Shown: positions 60,644 through 64,000 of the stretch, piece by piece
How positions within the stretch are numbered: position 1 is the stretch's first letter
Layout: every line of letters starts with the position of its first letter
NCBI GenBank assembly: GCA_016839705.1
Contig: JAEOTR010000019.1
Location: 60,285 to 124,284 of the forward strand
Reading direction: 5' to 3'
DNA: 64,000 nucleotides
Source: Promethearchaeota archaeon
Lineage (GTDB): Archaea > Asgardarchaeota > Lokiarchaeia > Sigyniarchaeales > SOKP01
Notes under the pieces: generated by a model
What the model was told of the DNA's origin: nothing
Databases searched by the model: none
What the model saw: only the letters and a program-made list of their open reading frames with translations
Position numbers and translations under genes: made by a program

Positions 60644-62359
60644 ATGGCACAATTAGGCGGAACACCCGTATTAATAATGCGCGAAGGTACTGAGAGACAA
60701 AGAGGCAGAGATGCGATGTCGAATAACATTGCAGCAGCAATTGTTATCGCAGAGGCGGTTAGAACTTCATTAGGCCCCCGAGGTATGGATAAAATGCTTG
60801 TAGACCAGTTTGGCGATGTTGTTATCACAAATGATGGCGCTACAATTCTAAAAGAAATAGATGTTCAACATCCTGCAGCTAAAATGATGGTAGAAGTCGC
60901 CAAAACCCAAGACTCTGAAGTGGGAGATGGAACTACAACTTCAGTAATTCTAGCTGGTGAACTCTTAAAACGAGCAAAAAAATTATTGGAACAAAAGATC
61001 CATCCAACAGTTATTACTGAAGGTTTTCGTAAAGCAGCTGATAAAGCAGTTGAAATTCTCAATTCGATTTCAATTAAAAGCGGCATCGATGATGAAGAAG
61101 GTTTAAAAAATAGTGCTATGACCTGCATGTCCAGTAAAATCGTCTCAGAATCAAAAGCGAAACTAGCACAAATGTGTATGAATGCAATTAAAGCTGTTGC
61201 TGAAAAAGATGGTAATGGAAATTGGGTAGTTGATATCGAAAAAGTTCAAATCCAAAAAAAAGCAGGAGATTCTATAGATGATACAAGTCTAATTAAAGGT
61301 ATTATCCTAGATAAAGAAGTTGTTAGCCCAGGTATGCCAAAAATTATTAACGATGCTAAAATCTTACTCTTACAAAGCGCGATTGAGCTTGAAAAAACAG
61401 AATTTGACAGTAAACTTCAAATTACCAGCCCTGAACAAATTCAGGAGTTCCTCGATGAAGAAGAAAAAATGATCAGAAATATGGTTGAAAAAATTGTAAA
61501 TTCTGGAGCAAATGTTGTCATCTGCCAAAAAGGAATTGATGATCTTGCTCAACATTTCCTTTCAAGAGCAGGAATTATGGCTATTCGAAGGGTTAAAAAA
61601 TCTGACATCGAAAAACTCGCAAAAGCTACTGGCGGTATGATCTATACAAACCTCGATGACGTCACCGCAGAAAAACTTGGATTTGCTGGACTTGTGGAAG
61701 AACGCAAAATTATGAACGATAGCTGGATCTTCATTGAAGAATGTAAAGACCCAAAATCCGTTGTAATCCTTATCAGAGGTGGAACTGATCTTATCATTGA
61801 TGAAGTGGATAGAGCAATTCATGATGCTCTTTGCGTTATACGAGACGTGGTTGAAGACCAAAAATTAGTCGGTGGCGGCGGCGCTCCAGAAATCGAAGTA
61901 GCAATTCAATTACGTAAATATGCCTCAACATTAGGAGGTCGTGAACAATTGGCTGTAGAAATTTTCGCAGATTCGCTTGACATCATCCCAAAAACATTAG
62001 CAGAGAATGCAGGCTTAGACCAAATCGACACACTCATGAAATTAAGAGCTGCCCATCAACAAGGCAATAAATTCGCTGGAACTGATTTAGATACTGGTGA
62101 TGTCGTTCTTGATATGGCGAAAATCGGCGTTGTTGAACCAACTGTCGTGAAAGTTCAAGCTATAAAAAGCTCTACTGAAGCAACCTCAATGATCCTTCGA
62201 ATTGATGATGTAATTGCATCTCAACGAAGTGCTGGACCTCCCGGTGGTGGTATGCCTCCTGGAATGGGCGGAATGGGCGGTGGTATGCCTCCGGGAATGG
62301 GCGGTATGCCTCCGGGAATGGGCGGTATGCCTCCGGGAATGGGCGGTATGGATTATTAA
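60644..62359 (+). CDS. ths: Thermosome (group II chaperonin) subunit
   Basis: [24 protein letters not shown] and ILRIDD; GGM-rich tail. Confidence 0.98.
   Translation: MAQLGGTPVLIMREGTERQRGRDAMSNNIAAAIVIAEAVRTSLGPRGMDKMLVDQFGDVVITNDGATILKEIDVQHPAAKMMVEVAKTQDSEVGDGTTTSVILAGELLKRAKKLLEQKIHPTVITEGFRKAADKAVEILNSISIKSGIDDEEGLKNSAMTCMSSKIVSESKAKLAQMCMNAIKAVAEKDGNGNWVVDIEKVQIQKKAGDSIDDTSLIKGIILDKEVVSPGMPKIINDAKILLLQSAIELEKTEFDSKLQITSPEQIQEFLDEEEKMIRNMVEKIVNSGANVVICQKGIDDLAQHFLSRAGIMAIRRVKKSDIEKLAKATGGMIYTNLDDVTAEKLGFAGLVEERKIMNDSWIFIEECKDPKSVVILIRGGTDLIIDEVDRAIHDALCVIRDVVEDQKLVGGGGAPEIEVAIQLRKYASTLGGREQLAVEIFADSLDIIPKTLAENAGLDQIDTLMKLRAAHQQGNKFAGTDLDTGDVVLDMAKIGVVEPTVVKVQAIKSSTEATSMILRIDDVIASQRSAGPPGGGMPPGMGGMGGGMPPGMGGMPPGMGGMPPGMGGMDY
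62282..62350 (+). repeat. Three perfect 21-bp tandem repeats (GGTATGCCTCCGGGAATGGGC) encoding the GMPPGMG chaperonin tail
   Basis: Directly visible; a degenerate copy lies just upstream. Confidence 0.9.
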
Positions 62360-62506
62360 GAAAATCACTAACATTTTTTTATTTTTATTTTTTCTATTAT
62401 CATTTAGTATAAATCTGGTTTAAATCCATAAAGATATTTCTTTCATCTCTTCTCGATTGACTAATTAGAAATATATTGTAAATTATTTCAATTAAAATTG
62501 TTTTAA

Positions 62507-63892
62507 TTGAAATTTTCGGTGGGATTTTTCCTTCACAATAGCAGTTTAAATACTCATTTTGAAATATATGTTAAAAGAGAAAATAACTTTCGGATGGTTA
62601 AAAAAGAGAGTAAACCGTATGGTCACATCTATGTAGCTAATTATCCTGTTAATGGAAAAAATTACGTGGGTAAAACCAAGATAGAAAGATGGGCGGAGGA
62701 TAAGAATCCTATACAAGAACGATGGAAGGAAGAAGCAGATATAGCCAAAAATAAAGCGGAGAAAGGTTTAAGATTGCGTCATATTGAAAACGCCATTGTT
62801 AAGTATGGCTCTGAGAATTTTATCCTATTTGAGGTGGATAAAGCCTATAATCGAGAGGAATTAAACATTAAAGAGCAAAATTGGATAAAAAAGCTTGATT
62901 CGATGAATCGAGAAAAGGGATATAATATGACAGAAGGGGGAGAAGGTGGGATAAAAAGTCCAGAAGTAAATGAAAGAATGACCAAGATAAACCAGGAGAT
63001 CGCAAGGAATCCAGAAGTTCAAGAGAAGATGAGTAGATCAATTTCAGAAAAATGGGGAGACCCAATATATCAAGAAAATGTAAGTATGGGAGTTACCAAT
63101 AAATGGCAAGAGTCTAAATACCGAGAACGTCAATTCACTGCAAGAGTAGAAGGAAAAAGGGAAATTCAAAATAAGCGGGAATTTTTGAAAGACATTCAAG
63201 ACATGAAGAAAAAAGAAATAAATGTTAAATATGATATGACTGGAAAAAGTATAAATAAGAGAATAGAAGAGATACTCGGCCATCATGGTGTAAAAAACTA
63301 TTCGGAAGCTAAAAAGTACCTTAAGGATAAAGATCTTGATGATTTGGTGAAAGATATTAATGAGAGGTTGAATGACCGGTCTCAGGAATCCAACTTAAAG
63401 AAGGAAATCTCAAACAAAAGAGAATTTTTAGAAGACATTCTTAATATGAAAAGTAAGGATATTGTACAAAAATACAATATGAATAGAGCAACCGTCAATT
63501 TAAGAATACGAGAGATGTTAGGCGAGCACGGCGTGAAAAACTATACGGAAGCGAAAGAATACCTTAAAGAAAAGAATCTTGATGATGTTGTAAAAGATAT
63601 TACTGAAAGGCTTAGTGATCAAACCCAGAAATATGAGGGAACAACGGAAATCTCAAATAAGCAAGAATTTTTGGAAGATATACAGAACCTTCAAAAAAAT
63701 GAAATTGATCATAAATATGGGATGGATGGGAAGACAATTAATAATAAAATTGAGGGGATGTTAGGCGAACATGGAGTTAAGGACTATACGGATGCAAAAG
63801 AATTCCTAAAGGATAAAGATTTAAATGAAGTTTTGAAAGAGATCGAGGAGAGAGAAACAATGGGACGAGGATCATTGCAACATTTATCATAG
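62507..63892 (+). CDS. Free-standing GIY-YIG endonuclease with tandem repeat modules (probable start ATG 62594)
   Basis: GHIY...NYVGKT, RW, AIVKYG..NF, ELNIKEQ.WI and GYNMTEGG catalytic motifs; short helical repeats, then three 81-aa repeats. Confidence 0.85.
   Translation: MKFSVGFFLHNSSLNTHFEIYVKRENNFRMVKKESKPYGHIYVANYPVNGKNYVGKTKIERWAEDKNPIQERWKEEADIAKNKAEKGLRLRHIENAIVKYGSENFILFEVDKAYNREELNIKEQNWIKKLDSMNREKGYNMTEGGEGGIKSPEVNERMTKINQEIARNPEVQEKMSRSISEKWGDPIYQENVSMGVTNKWQESKYRERQFTARVEGKREIQNKREFLKDIQDMKKKEINVKYDMTGKSINKRIEEILGHHGVKNYSEAKKYLKDKDLDDLVKDINERLNDRSQESNLKKEISNKREFLEDILNMKSKDIVQKYNMNRATVNLRIREMLGEHGVKNYTEAKEYLKEKNLDDVVKDITERLSDQTQKYEGTTEISNKQEFLEDIQNLQKNEIDHKYGMDGKTINNKIEGMLGEHGVKDYTDAKEFLKDKDLNEVLKEIEERETMGRGSLQHLS
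63161..63855 (+). repeat. Three diverged 243-bp (81-aa) coding repeats
   Basis: EI.NK.EFL.DI...KY.M....N..I...LG.HGVK.Y..AK..LK.K.L units start at 63161, 63404 and 63647. Confidence 0.92.
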
Positions 63893-64000
63893 GTGGTCCT
63901 AGTGAAACAGCTAAAGAAATGCAGGCAACTATTGATTATTGTCGTACAGCAAAATTAGATGTTGCCAAGCCATTTCCATTTCGATTTGCTTATGGATCAG
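63856..64000 (+). pseudogene. Internal fragment of a radical SAM (B12-binding class-like) gene
   Basis: A different frame from the GIY-YIG reads NNGTRIIATFIIGGPSETAKEMQATIDYCRTAKLDVA, matching the FIIGxPxET..TI motif; no 5' part present. Confidence 0.6.

Noticed and set aside
62282-62350. 21-bp tandem repeats as a possible CRISPR or regulatory array
   Set aside because: No spacers; in frame and encoding the ordinary Gly/Met/Pro chaperonin tail
2624-63286. Many 60-100 aa ORFs antisense to or nested within larger genes (for example 2624..2818, 10262..10540, 36346..36636, 61562..61861, 62186..62374)
   Set aside because: They are shadows of well-supported genes with no motifs; the repetitive ones near 62200-62400 simply mirror the thermosome GGM repeats
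1-64000. CRISPR arrays, rRNA genes, transposases, integrases or prophage genes
   Set aside because: None recognised in this window

Overview
AT-rich archaeal chromosomal segment, most consistent with an Asgard archaeon of the Lokiarchaeia/Promethearchaeota type. This is inferred from archaeal-type GltX, ThrS, AspS, TruD, Pth2, RibK/RibL, thermosome, eL38 and eL40, together with a Rab-like small GTPase, two longin-like proteins and an Rpn11/CSN5-like JAMM protein. Most of the window is housekeeping and metabolic genes. The most unusual items are: (1) a ~500-nt ORF-free interval (50668-51166) with a TATA box, a 14-bp helix joining its ends, several G-U-rich hairpins and a U-tract, i.e. a candidate large structured ncRNA with partial RNase P/MRP-like topology; (2) a CheR-coiled coil-CheD fusion split by one in-frame TGA, with the CheD catalytic Cys replaced by Gly and no other chemotaxis genes in the window; (3) tRNA-Arg(GCG) with a 26-nt intron at a non-canonical variable-loop position; (4) a free-standing GIY-YIG endonuclease with three 81-aa HTH-like repeats whose putative recognition helices differ, running into a radical SAM gene remnant; (5) a charge-reversed Alba paralogue coupled to an uncalled zinc-finger microprotein; (6) a GT87 glycosyltransferase flanked by two HGSNAT-like acyltransferases. 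Two homopolymer frameshifts suggest some consensus error, so single-base disruptions need read-level confirmation. All calls come from reading motifs by eye; no searches were run.
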